Shown one piece after another: positions 47,812 to 58,600 of a stretch of DNA of 64,000 nucleotides. The notes under the pieces were generated by a model, which worked only from the letters and a program-made list of their open reading frames with translations, did not search any database and was not told the DNA's origin. Source of the DNA: Myxococcales bacterium (lineage in GTDB: Bacteria; Myxococcota_A; UBA9042; JABWCM01; BTVJ01). Position numbers and translations under genes: made by a program. Every line of letters starts with the position of its first letter. The stretch's first letter is position 1. The stretch covers positions 64,001-128,000 of the forward strand of contig BTVJ01000006.1 in NCBI GenBank assembly GCA_045863395.1, given 5' to 3'.

Positions 47812-49737
47812 ATGAGACCGTTCGACCTGCGCCAGTGTATGCGATATGGACTCGGGGTCGTGGCCACCCTCTCTCTGCTCGCCGGCTGTGCGTCCGAGGA
47901 CGAGCCGAGCGGCGCGGCGGATGCGGGCGTGGCCGATGCCACCACGGACACCGGCGGCACGGACGGTGGAGTGGACGGGGGCGCGGGAGACACTGGTGGA
48001 GCGGACACAGGGCCGGCGACGGACACGGGCCCTGTGACGGACAGCGGCCCAACGGACACGGGCCCCGGGGCGGACGTGACGGATGCGGGAGGGGGCGGCA
48101 CGGATGCGCAGGTCGACACGGTGCCGAGCGACGCAGCGGATGTCGCCGCCGACGCAGGCCCTGGGGTCCTCTGCGGCACGGGCAGCGCGGCGGCGCTGGC
48201 AGCTTGCGTCGATCAGCAGAAGTACGTGGCCGACCTGGAGGCCATCGAGGGGCACCGCCCCACCGAGTCCTCTCATTGGCAGGTGGTGCAGGACCTGTGC
48301 GCGACGCGCCTCGAGGAGCTCGGCTTCCAGGTGGAGCGCCAGGCCTACGGCAACGGCGTCAACGTCATCGGGACGCTGCTCGGCAAGACGCAGCCGGACA
48401 GCACCGTCCTCGTGGGGGCCCACTACGACGGCCAGCCCGGCTGCCCCGGTGCCGACGACAACGCCACCGGCGTGGCGGGGGCCCTGGAGGTGGCGCGCGT
48501 CCTGTCCTTGGCGGAGCACGACCGCACGCTGGTGGTCGCCTGCTGGGACGAGGAGGAGCGCGGGACCTACGGGTCCAGCGCGTGGGCCAACCAGGCCGGG
48601 GCCGAGGGCCGCCGCATCGTGATGGTCTTCAACTACGAGATGATCGGGTACTTCTCCAGCGAGCCGAACACCCAGACGTTCCCGCCGGGCTTCGGGGCCC
48701 TGTTCCCGGAGGCGGAGCAGACCATGATTGCGAACGACTGGCGTGGCGACTTCATCGGGCTCATCGCGGACGACTCCGCTCAGAAGCACATCGATGCCAT
48801 GGTGAAGCACGCGGCCGTCGCCGGGATCCACGCGGAGCCGGTGATCCTCAAGGGCGGTCTGAAGGAGAGCGCGCTGCTCAGCCAGCTTCGCCGCTCCGAC
48901 CACCGGGCCTTCTGGGACCAGGACTACCCGGCCGTGATGATCACCGACACGGCGGACTTCCGGAACAAGAACTACCACTGCCAGGGCGGTCCAGACGCGG
49001 TGAGCACTCTCGATCACGCGTCGACGGCTCGGGTCATCGCGGGGACCGTGGGCGCGGCGGCGGAGGCGCTGGTCGCCGGCGACCCGACCGAGGGGGGGGC
49101 GGGCCGCCCCTCCGTCTGCGACCCGGTCGCCCAGGACTGCGCCGGCGGCAAGAAGTGTGCGGTCACCGTCAACCCGGTGAACGTGTGGGTCAACGCTTGC
49201 GTGGACCAGCCAAAGGAGCCCGTTGGAAAGGGGGAGGTGTGCGTGCGGCCGACCAACAAAGTCGGAATCGACACCTGCGCTCCTGGCCTCTTCTGCACCT
49301 GGTGGGGTGTCGCCATGGCGGAGCCGCCCATCCGCCGCTGTTTCTCCACCTGCCAGGGCAGCGCCGACTGCACCGGCGACGAGGCGTGCATCCGGCCTCC
49401 GGCGTCGGCGCACAGCGGCCTGTGCCTTCCGACGTGCGATCCCTTCGACTCGGGGTGTGGCGAGGGGCTCACCTGCGCGCACCGGTTCCTGGCCTATGAT
49501 GACGCCACCACCGTCTACGCCTGCGAGCAGGCGGGGGCGGTGGGCGAGGGGGGCGCGTGCGAGCCGGACCTGAGCGAGTGCGGCGTGGGCCTCGCCTGTG
49601 CCCTCCACAAGGAGGAGGGCACCTGGTCCTGTCGTACCTGGTGCGACGCCGCCCATCCTTGTGCGGGGGCGCAGGACTGTGTGCCGATCATCAACCCCGG
49701 CGCCAAGCCGGGCATCGGGTTCTGCTGGCCGAAGTAG
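47812..49737 (+). CDS. M28 family metallopeptidase lipoprotein with Asp/Thr/Gly linker and Cys-rich C-terminus
   Basis: Lipobox LLAGC; GAHYD, GADDNATG, DEEE, NYEMIG, RSDH, NYH; Cys-rich last ~210 aa. Confidence 0.88.
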   Translation: MRPFDLRQCMRYGLGVVATLSLLAGCASEDEPSGAADAGVADATTDTGGTDGGVDGGAGDTGGADTGPATDTGPVTDSGPTDTGPGADVTDAGGGGTDAQVDTVPSDAADVAADAGPGVLCGTGSAAALAACVDQQKYVADLEAIEGHRPTESSHWQVVQDLCATRLEELGFQVERQAYGNGVNVIGTLLGKTQPDSTVLVGAHYDGQPGCPGADDNATGVAGALEVARVLSLAEHDRTLVVACWDEEERGTYGSSAWANQAGAEGRRIVMVFNYEMIGYFSSEPNTQTFPPGFGALFPEAEQTMIANDWRGDFIGLIADDSAQKHIDAMVKHAAVAGIHAEPVILKGGLKESALLSQLRRSDHRAFWDQDYPAVMITDTADFRNKNYHCQGGPDAVSTLDHASTARVIAGTVGAAAEALVAGDPTEGGAGRPSVCDPVAQDCAGGKKCAVTVNPVNVWVNACVDQPKEPVGKGEVCVRPTNKVGIDTCAPGLFCTWWGVAMAEPPIRRCFSTCQGSADCTGDEACIRPPASAHSGLCLPTCDPFDSGCGEGLTCAHRFLAYDDATTVYACEQAGAVGEGGACEPDLSECGVGLACALHKEEGTWSCRTWCDAAHPCAGAQDCVPIINPGAKPGIGFCWPK

Positions 49738-49878
49738 CCGGAGCCATCCCGACGATCCTGCGAGCCGTGGCTGCCCTCGTGCGCCGAGGTGGCGGAGCCG
49801 CTGCGGGTGGAGATCCTTTGCGGGCCTCGACCGTGTCAGGCACGGTCGGTTGATGCAGACCCACGGAGGATGGACACC

Positions 49879-52506
49879 ATGAGGAAGATGCGCTGGCTGG
49901 TCGTCGCGGCCATGGTCGTTGGTGCGTGCAAGGGGGACGCGAAGGGGGAGAGTCCTGTCGCAGGGGCAGGGGAGCCGGGTCCGGCCAAGGGGGCGCTGGA
50001 GTCGGGACCCACGAAGGCGCGCCCCGAAGTTCCGCTGCTCGTCGCCCCGCTCAAGCCGGGGGAGGACGCGGCCAAGGCGCTGGGGCTGCCGGCCGCCGAG
50101 CGCGACTTCGGCGCGCCGGAGGTCGCCGACGCCAGGGTCTCCGAGCTGGCGCGCACGGTGATGACGGAGCCGGGAGACATCCCGCGCCTGAAGGTCGCCG
50201 TGGACGGGAAGCAGCTCGAGCTGCCCCTGGAGCACACCCATGTCCAGGCCGAGCTGACGGGCTTCGTCGCCCGCGTGACGGTCACCCAGACCTACCAGAA
50301 CCCGTTCCCTGAGCCCATCGAGGCGATCTACGTCTTCCCGCTCCCTGAGAACAGCGCCGTCGACGACATGAAGCTGCGCGTCGGCGACCGGCTCATCGAG
50401 GCGGAGATCAAGAAGCGGGAAGAGGCCCGGCAGGAGTATGAGGAGGCGAAGCGGGCGGGTCACACGGCGGCCCTGCTGGAGCAGGAGCGGCCCAACATCT
50501 TCACCCAGTCCGTCGCCAACATCGAGCCCGGAAAGAAGATCGACGTCGTGATTCGCTATGTGCAGGACCTGAGCTACGACGCCGGCACCTACGAGTTCGT
50601 GTTCCCGATGGTGGTCGGCCCGCGGTTCATCCCGGGCAACCCGACGGACTCCACCGGCGCGGGCTGGTCGAAGAACACGGATCAGGTCGCCGACGCCTCG
50701 CGCATCACGCCGCCCATCATCGGCGGCGGGCGCCGCACCGGCCACGACATCGGCATCGAGGTCACGGTGGATCGGAGCCTGCCAGTCATGGACCTGGATG
50801 TCCCCACCCACGACGTGCAGGTCAGCGAGGTGGACGGCGACTTCCTGGTGGAGCTCGCGGATCACGACACGCTCCCGAACCGCGACTTCGTCATGCGCTA
50901 CCGGGTGGACCGGGACGAGCCCCAGGTCTCGGTCATCGCCCACAAGGACAAGCGCGGCGGGTTCTTCTCCGTCGTGCTGCAGCCGCCGACCGCCGACATG
51001 GACGCCGTGGTCGGTGACCGGGAGCTCGTGTTCGTCGTCGACATCTCCGGCTCCATGTGGGGGGCGCCCATCAGCATGTGCAAGCAGGCCATGCAGGAGG
51101 CCATCCGAAACCTGCGGCCGACGGATCTCTTCAACGTCATGACCTTCGCGGGTCACACGGCCAAGGCGTTCCCCGAGTCTCGCCCGGCAAACCAGTCCAA
51201 CGTGCGGCTGGCACTCGACTTCGTGATGAACGCACAGGCGGGGGGCGGGACCAACCTGGCGGACGCCGTCGACGCAGCGCTGTCGCCCGCGGCGTCTGCG
51301 GGGAGACAGCGCCACGTGTTCTTCCTGACCGACGGCTACGTGGGCAACGAGGCGCAGATCATCGCCAAGACCCGCGCCTTCACGGACGCCGAGGCCGCCG
51401 CGGGGCGGCGCTCCAAGGTGTTCGGCATGGGAGTCGGGTCGAGCGTCAATCGCTATCTCCTCGACGGGATCGCCGACGCCGGCCGGGGGTTGACCGTCTA
51501 CGCGACCAACCGGGAGGACCCGTCTCAGGCAGTCAATCGCTTCTATCACTACGTGGATCACCCGGTCCTGACCGACGTGCGCCTGAGCTGGGGAGACCTG
51601 GCCGTGGCCGATGTCTACCCCACCGAGATGCCGGACCTGTTTGCGAGCCGCCCCCTGATCCTGCACGGGCGATACACCTCCGCGGGCGCGGGGACCCTGG
51701 TCATCGAGGGGATGCAGGGAGACAAGCCGGTGAGACTGACCGCGCAGGTGACTCTGCCGGAGCGTGAGGTGACCAATGAGGCGCTGGAGACTCTCTGGGC
51801 CCGCGCGCGCATCGATCGAGTGGAGCAGAATCTGTGGTTCAGCCAGGATCAGAAGTACATCGACGAGATTACCGCCCTCGGGCTCGACTATCGCATCGTG
51901 ACCGCCTACACGAGCTTCGTGGCCGTGGACCGCTCGAAGAAGGTGGGCAATGGCGACCCGACGACGGTCGTGCAGCCCGTGGAGGCGGCCGAGGGGGTCG
52001 CGGCGCCCATGGCCGCGCCGCCGGCGGCCTTCGCTCACGGCGCCATGCCGGGTGGCGCTGGGTATGGGGCCGGGGGCAGCTCGATGCCCGTGCCCACGCG
52101 CGCCGCGCTCCGGGAAGGGCCCATGAAGAAGGTGCAGGCGATGGCGGCAGGGGACGCTGCGGCCCTGGTCGTCCCCGACCCGAGCCCTGAGGAGGAGCCG
52201 CGGGAGATCGGCGTGCGGCTCGTCTCCGTGACCGTGGAGAAGGGCACCCTGGGTACGGCGCAGGCGCGGGCGCTCGTCGAGGCGCGGCTCGCGACGTGCA
52301 GCGGGTGCCTCGGCGGTGCGCCGGGGGCGGGGACCATCACGCTGCGCCTCGTCGTGGATGGGTCCGGGACCGTAAGCGAAGTGACCGAGGTCGAGACGAC
52401 CCTGTCTCAAGCGCTGGCGACCTGCATCCGCGATGCCCTGAAGCAGCCCCGGGCGGCCGCCCTGAAGGGCGAGGTCACGCTGCTGGTCACGCTCACGGTG
52501 GGCTGA
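49879..52506 (+). CDS. VIT + VWA domain lipoprotein with C-terminal TonB_C-like domain
   Basis: Lipobox VVGAC; VIT (QTYQNP..EAIYVFPLP..SAV, LLEQERPNIF); VWA (VDISGSM, GGTN, FLTDG); GTITLRLVVDGSGTV...CIRDAL tail. Confidence 0.88.
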   Translation: MRKMRWLVVAAMVVGACKGDAKGESPVAGAGEPGPAKGALESGPTKARPEVPLLVAPLKPGEDAAKALGLPAAERDFGAPEVADARVSELARTVMTEPGDIPRLKVAVDGKQLELPLEHTHVQAELTGFVARVTVTQTYQNPFPEPIEAIYVFPLPENSAVDDMKLRVGDRLIEAEIKKREEARQEYEEAKRAGHTAALLEQERPNIFTQSVANIEPGKKIDVVIRYVQDLSYDAGTYEFVFPMVVGPRFIPGNPTDSTGAGWSKNTDQVADASRITPPIIGGGRRTGHDIGIEVTVDRSLPVMDLDVPTHDVQVSEVDGDFLVELADHDTLPNRDFVMRYRVDRDEPQVSVIAHKDKRGGFFSVVLQPPTADMDAVVGDRELVFVVDISGSMWGAPISMCKQAMQEAIRNLRPTDLFNVMTFAGHTAKAFPESRPANQSNVRLALDFVMNAQAGGGTNLADAVDAALSPAASAGRQRHVFFLTDGYVGNEAQIIAKTRAFTDAEAAAGRRSKVFGMGVGSSVNRYLLDGIADAGRGLTVYATNREDPSQAVNRFYHYVDHPVLTDVRLSWGDLAVADVYPTEMPDLFASRPLILHGRYTSAGAGTLVIEGMQGDKPVRLTAQVTLPEREVTNEALETLWARARIDRVEQNLWFSQDQKYIDEITALGLDYRIVTAYTSFVAVDRSKKVGNGDPTTVVQPVEAAEGVAAPMAAPPAAFAHGAMPGGAGYGAGGSSMPVPTRAALREGPMKKVQAMAAGDAAALVVPDPSPEEEPREIGVRLVSVTVEKGTLGTAQARALVEARLATCSGCLGGAPGAGTITLRLVVDGSGTVSEVTEVETTLSQALATCIRDALKQPRAAALKGEVTLLVTLTVG

Positions 52507-52625
52507 TCGCGCCGCCGCCGCTGTCCCGACGCCCCCTTCCGCCCCCTCTCCTTGACACGGGTCTGGTCTACGCGCCAGCCTGACATGGCCATACCACACG
52601 GGCCTTGCTGAATCGGAGGCGCGCC

Positions 52626-55600
52626 ATGGTGACCCTCTCACGGCTCCTGTGCTCCCTGTTGGCGTCCTGGGTGCTCGCCCTGGGGACGGGCTGCTCCGAC
52701 GACGATGGGGGACCTGGGTCCAGCCAGGACGCCGGGGGATCGGAGGGCGACACCCGTGTCACCACGGGCGGCAATGCCCTGCTGCGGGGCCCGTGGCCCC
52801 AGGCGACCGGCGCGCCCGGGGCCGACCCGGAGCGCCCCCTCGCCGCCACCTGGCGCATGGCCCGCGGCGGCACGCCAGGCAACGGCTTCGTGACGGTGCC
52901 CTGCCGCGAGGGGTGCTACGGCCCCTGCGGCATCGCGTGGGAGGTGCCGTCTGATCGCCGCATCGCCGACGCGCAGGTGGTGGTGGGGGCCGGCGACGCA
53001 ATCTTCGTGCACGTGCTCGAGGGGCCGGACGCCGTCGCGGGGAGCGGCCCCGACGGGTATGCCTCCACGGTGCTGCGGGTGTCGGCTGCTGGAGACGACC
53101 TCTTCGCGCGGGAGCCCGTCCCGCTCGACCCCCTGGGTGTGCTCGCCGCGCTCGCCGTCGACGCAGACGAGGCGGTGCCGCTCGTGCGCGACATGATCTC
53201 TCTGGAGACCGAGGACGGACCCGCACTGGTGGTGCTCATGCACATCGCCTGGCGGGCGGGGGGGCAGTGGAGCGTGCGCGACGTCATCGTGGGGATCGAT
53301 CCTGCCGTGGAGGCCCGCCGGTTCCTCTACGGCTTCCCCCAGGAGGTCTTCACCCAGACCACTCCGTTCATGCCCGAGTGGGGCGCAGAGGCCATCCGCG
53401 TGGACGGCCTCGGGCGCCTGGTCGTGCTCAAGAAGGGGCGCATCGAGCAGCAGGGGCGCCTGTACGCGGCGCCCCTGCCGCGTCAGGGCGAGGGGCTGGC
53501 CGGGGCGGGGCTCGTGGCGGAGGTGGTCGAGATCCCCCTCGAGGGCACGGGCGCCCCCTACGCGATCGACGCCTTCGAGGTGGACGACCGGGACCGCCTG
53601 TGGACCGTGGGGCGTGAGAGCGTCTCGCCTCCGCTGTGCACGGACGACCGCCGCTTCGAGCAGCTCCGCCTGCGCGTGTTCGCCCCGGACGGCGCGCTGC
53701 TGGAGGACCGCCCGGACCCGGCGCACACCTTTGTCTCCGTGTCCCGCGTCCATGTGGAGCGGGACAGGGACAACGGCGCCTTGCGGGCCATCCTGCTCGG
53801 GTCGCTCCCGACTGACCCCACCTGCATCGACCTGGTGCTGCACTACCCCAAGGCGGCGGACCAGTTCACCGACGACGAGGACGACCCCACCCGCTGCCCG
53901 CGGCGCTTCGAGCAGGCGTGCACAACCGGCGGTGACTGCCCGTGCCGGGGCTGCGAGGGGATGCTGCAGATCTGCCCACCGCCGCTGTTCGGAGGGGCGC
54001 CGCCCGGGCTCGCCGAGGTCTGGTGGTACGCCGACGACACCGACGTCGCCGTGCTCGTGGCGTCCGGCAAGCGCGCCACTCCCGTGGTGGCGCCCGGGCG
54101 CGTCGTCACCGACGGCCGCGGCCTCGCGATGCTCGGAGGCACGCGGCTCCAGGTCATCGACATGAAGGCGGACGCGGGGGCCCTGATGCTGCTCTCCGCG
54201 GAGGAGTGGCACGTGGAGTCCTCGCCGTGGGCGGACGGGATGCAGTCCCTGGCGTCGGTGGCCGGCGGGTGGCAGACGCCGCTCTTCGGGGCCCCGGTGG
54301 GGGGCGCCGTCCCCTTCGTGGCTGCCCTCCGGTCCACGGTCACGGACGAGTCCGTCTCGTTCGAGAACGCCGGGATCATTCGACATGCCACGGAGTGGGG
54401 CAACCTGGTGACGGGAACCGTAGCGGGGCACGCCGGGCTCACGAGCCGCACGGTCGCGCGTCGCCGCGGACCCTTCGAGGACTACTACGTCGCCCACGGG
54501 GAGGTGGACCGGGTCTATCCCCTCGACGGCGGGCGCCTGCTGCACGTGTTCCACTGGGCGGGGCCCGCCGCGAAGAAGAGCGGCGCGAGTGGCGGGGCCA
54601 ACGAGCGGCGCCTGGAGCTGCGCATCGCCGTGCCTGGCGGCGGGCTCTGGGAGGGGCGCGATCTCCAGCCTGCCGCCGGGGCGCCCATGCCGCTCGTGCC
54701 TCCCTGCGTAGACGGCGACCCACCCGAGACCTGCCGCTACCCCCTCGGCACGACGGTGGTGCCCGAAGAGGTACAGACGGTCGCGGTCCACGAGGTCTCC
54801 TGCCTGCTCACGGACTCGGCGGGGGCGGCGCAGGTCGGGTGCAGCCGCGACGAGCTGGTGCGCCAGTGGGAGGGGAGCCAGGCCGCGACCCTGGCCCAGG
54901 CATCCTCGGGCAAGGTCCGTCCGCTGTGCCTGGCGAGCGGGGTGCGCGAGCGCCGGACCACGGCCGAGGACGGGAGCGTCACGCTCCACGTGCTCTGCGA
55001 GGCGTTCACCGAGACCCTGGCGCCGAGCCACCCAACGGGGCTCGTGAGCCTGGTGCCACGCGACCACGCCACCACCTGCGACGCCTGGGGGGAGCCGCTG
55101 CCGCTGCGGACGGTGGGGCTCGCGTCCGTCATCGATGTGACCATCACCGACGCGAGCGGCGCCCCCGTGACCAGCGTGGAGGTCGGGCAGGCGGTGACGG
55201 TGGTGGTGACCACCACCGGGTCCGTGCACATCGAGGTGCTCTCGGGGGGCGCGACGCTGAACGGTGGGGTGGAGGCTCACGTCGGGGGCGGTGAGCCCGT
55301 GCTCCTCGTCGCCACCGCAGAGGGGGTGGTGGTGCTGCGCGTGACGGTGACCGATGCGTGGGGCATGGTCGTCGGGACCCGCCTCGTGGCCATCGCGGTG
55401 GAGGGGCCGGGCGCGTGTAGCGGGGCGGCCGACGGCAGCACCTTCTCGGTGTGCCACCCCCTGCTCGAGGTCGACGCTCCCGACGGGGAGGACACCTACG
55501 AGTCCCTGGCGGATCCCGCCGTTGTGCGAGAGGTCCTGCTCCACGACCGGAGCCTCCTGCACACCGCCGTAGACCACCGGGTGGAGGGCTTCGGGCCCTC

Positions 55601-58600
55601 CGTGGTGCTCGCGCGCACCCACCGGAGCGGGGTGCTGCCAGCCAAGGGCGGCATCATGGGTGGGTGGCACCTCTCCCTCGACATGCGTCTCTCCCCAGTG
55701 GCGGCGCCTGGAGACGACTCGTGGCTCCTCAGCGAGTCTGATGGGAGCGACGGCGAGGTGCGGGTTCACGACCTCGCGCTCATGGACCCCACGGGCCGCG
55801 TCGACGTGTGGCGCCACCCGGGCGTGAGCGAGCTGGTCCAGTTTGGCGGATCAGGCCCCGACTTCTGGGTGTGGGACCCGGCCGCGCTCAAGGTCGTGGC
55901 GCGCCCGTTCAGCGCGCGGGTCGTCACCTTCCAGGCGCCCCGGGGTCGCTTCGCCGCGCTGCGCAGCTACACCCTGGTGCTGGAGCCGGGGGTGGCGGCC
56001 CACCAGAAGCACCCTTACTACCGGCCGGATCGGGGCTTCCACACGGCCGAGCGCCGCTTCTACGAGCTGGTCGAGCCCTCGGGGCTGCGGCGCATCTTCG
56101 ACTGCAAGGGCAGGCTCGCGCTGATCATCGATCCCCAGCACCGGGAGGTGGAGCTGCTCTGGGAGGGGCCGGTCCACCCGCTCACCCACGTGAGGGCGCT
56201 CAGCGGGATGGTGGACGCGGCCGGGCGGCGGTGGGCGGTGGAGTGGAAGGACGTCGCCGGGATTCCTCGAGTGTGGCGCGTGACGGACCCCTTCGGGCGC
56301 AAGGTGGTGTATGGCTACGAGGCGCTGCCTGACGAGGGGGCGCGGCTGCTCACCGTGACCAAGGACTTCGGCGACGGCGAGTCCACCCACTACACCTACG
56401 ACGAGGGTCGCCTCACGAGCGTGACGCGGCCCGGGGCCAGCGAGCCCTGGCTCCGCGTGGAGTACGCGGGCGGGGCGGTGGTGCGCCAGGTCGTCGGGCG
56501 CGAGGCGCCCCAGGCCCCCGGGGTCAGCGACGGTGGGGTCACCACCTTCCTGGCGGTGGGTGGGGGCGTCCGCGTCACCGACGGGAGAGGGACTGCGCGC
56601 ACGTACGCCCTGGAGGCGCTGCCCGGCGGGGGGCCCGTGGTGGTGGCGTCCGAGCGGTGGGTGCGCGAGGTGGCCACAGATGGTGACCCCGGCCCCCGGC
56701 TCCTGCCATCCCGTGCTCCGGTGGAGGTGGCGCGGACGTTCACCCACGAGGCGAGCGGGCTGGTGGCGTCCATCACCCACCCGTCGGGCCGGGTGGAGTC
56801 CTTTGTGTGGAGCCCCGGCGGGAGGCTCGCGGAGCGGCGCGAGGACCCCGTGAGCGGTGGGGCGGCGCGGGTGGAGAAGTGGACCTGGGAGGCGATGGAC
56901 CCGGGGTGGCCCGGCTTTGCCTGCGAGGTGGAGACGGGCTCGCTCAGCGCGACCGGCGCCAAGACAAGCCGAGTGGTCGCGCCCCTCGACCCCGCGATGC
57001 CTGGCCTCGCCTGTACCGCGGTGGCCAGCGACCTGCCTCCGGTCACGGCGGCCTCAGGCGCCAAGGTGGCGGTGAGGGTCGAGGACGACCTGGAGGTCGG
57101 TGGGGTGCTGCGCGGTGCCCTCAAAGTGCGGCGCCTGTTGCAAGGGGGCGCCCTGCACGAGAGCACGCGGGTGGAGCACGCGGTCGTGGCGACGCCGACG
57201 CCAGCCGAGGTGGCGGCGGCGCCCCAGGGCAAGGTCGCCATGCCGGCGCTGGGCCACACGGTCGCCATCGAGGTGCACCGACCCCGCCCGCCCGAGTGTC
57301 CGGCCGACACCGCCACGGACGCCCGCACGGACATCGAGAGCGACGAGCGCGGCAACCCGGTGCGCACGGTCACGTCGTACACGGGTGCCCCCTGCACGGC
57401 GGGCGCTCCGTGCCCCGCGGGGGTGTGCGAGGCGGGCCGGTGCCGCACGACCCTGGTCATCGAGAAGGAGGTGGACGGCCACGACCGGGTGGTGCGGACG
57501 GTGGTGGACGCCGGCGGGGCCGCGCATGAGTCGAGGGCGCGCTACGACTCCCGCGGTCTGCCGACGGAGCGGTCCGTGCGGGTGGCGGACGACGTGCAGG
57601 TTGGCGGCCCTCCGTTCCAGTGGACCCCGCCCCGGTGGGTGACCACCACCGTCCACTACGACCTGGCGGGGCGTCGTATCGCCTCGGTGGTGGAGGCTCC
57701 CGGCGAGCGCAGCTTCGAGCTGACGGCGCTGGATGCCGAGGGTGGCGTGGTGGCGACGCTCGTGCCCGGCCCGGGGGCGGACGACGCCACCGTAGCGGCG
57801 GTGGTGGAGGCGGTCCGGGGTGGTGAGTCGCCCGCAGAGATCCTCGCGGCGTGGGGCCCCGAGGCCCTGGGGCCCGGCAACTTCGCCAGCGTGGCGCCCC
57901 ACAGCGGAGTCCTGCTGGACCCGCGCGTCGTCCTGCGAACCACGGAGCGAGACGCCGACGGCCTGCCGATACGCGAGACGGTGACCGACGGGCAGGCAGG
58001 ATGCGCGGTGTGTGCCGCGATCCACGGCCACACCACGGAGCTCTGGCGGGACGCCGAGGGGCGCGTCGTCTACGAGGATCCGGGCCGCGACGACCGGGCC
58101 GCGGACGGTCGCCGGGTGCTGGTGGAGACCACACGGGACGGCCTCGGGCGCCCGACGGAGCGGGCGGTGCGCGACCCCCTGGGCTGCGCCGGCCCCGACA
58201 CGGTGGTGCGGCGGGAGCTCTCCCTCGACTATGGCGCGCATGACACTCCAGCACTGACAGAGATCCGGGGCGACGACGGCAGGGCGAGCGTCACCGCGGG
58301 GTCCCTCGACGTGGTGGCGTGCGACACGGGCGCCCTGCTGAGCCGCACGGAGGCGGAGCGGGACGCGCGGGGCGACGTGGTCGCGCTCGTGGAGCACCGC
58401 TTTGCGCTGCTGGCGCAGGACCAGGGCGCCCCGGGCGCCCAAGGGGCTCGCACCACGCGATTCGGGCGGGACGCCCAGGGCCGCGTGGTGGAGGAGCGCG
58501 CGACGGGGGAGGGCCTGAACCGCCGGGAGCGCACCGCCTACGGGCTCCAGGGTGGGGCGTGCTGGAGCGCCGTCGGCACGGGGACCGACGTCACCGTGGA

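Noticed and set aside
47122..52641. 1,839-aa minus-strand ORF and other long antisense/alternate-frame ORFs (e.g. 6005..8809 +, 57054..60707 -, 3065..5506 -)
   Set aside because: They shadow well-supported genes, are Arg/Gly/Pro-rich and have no motifs; this is the expected artefact of high GC and codon bias.
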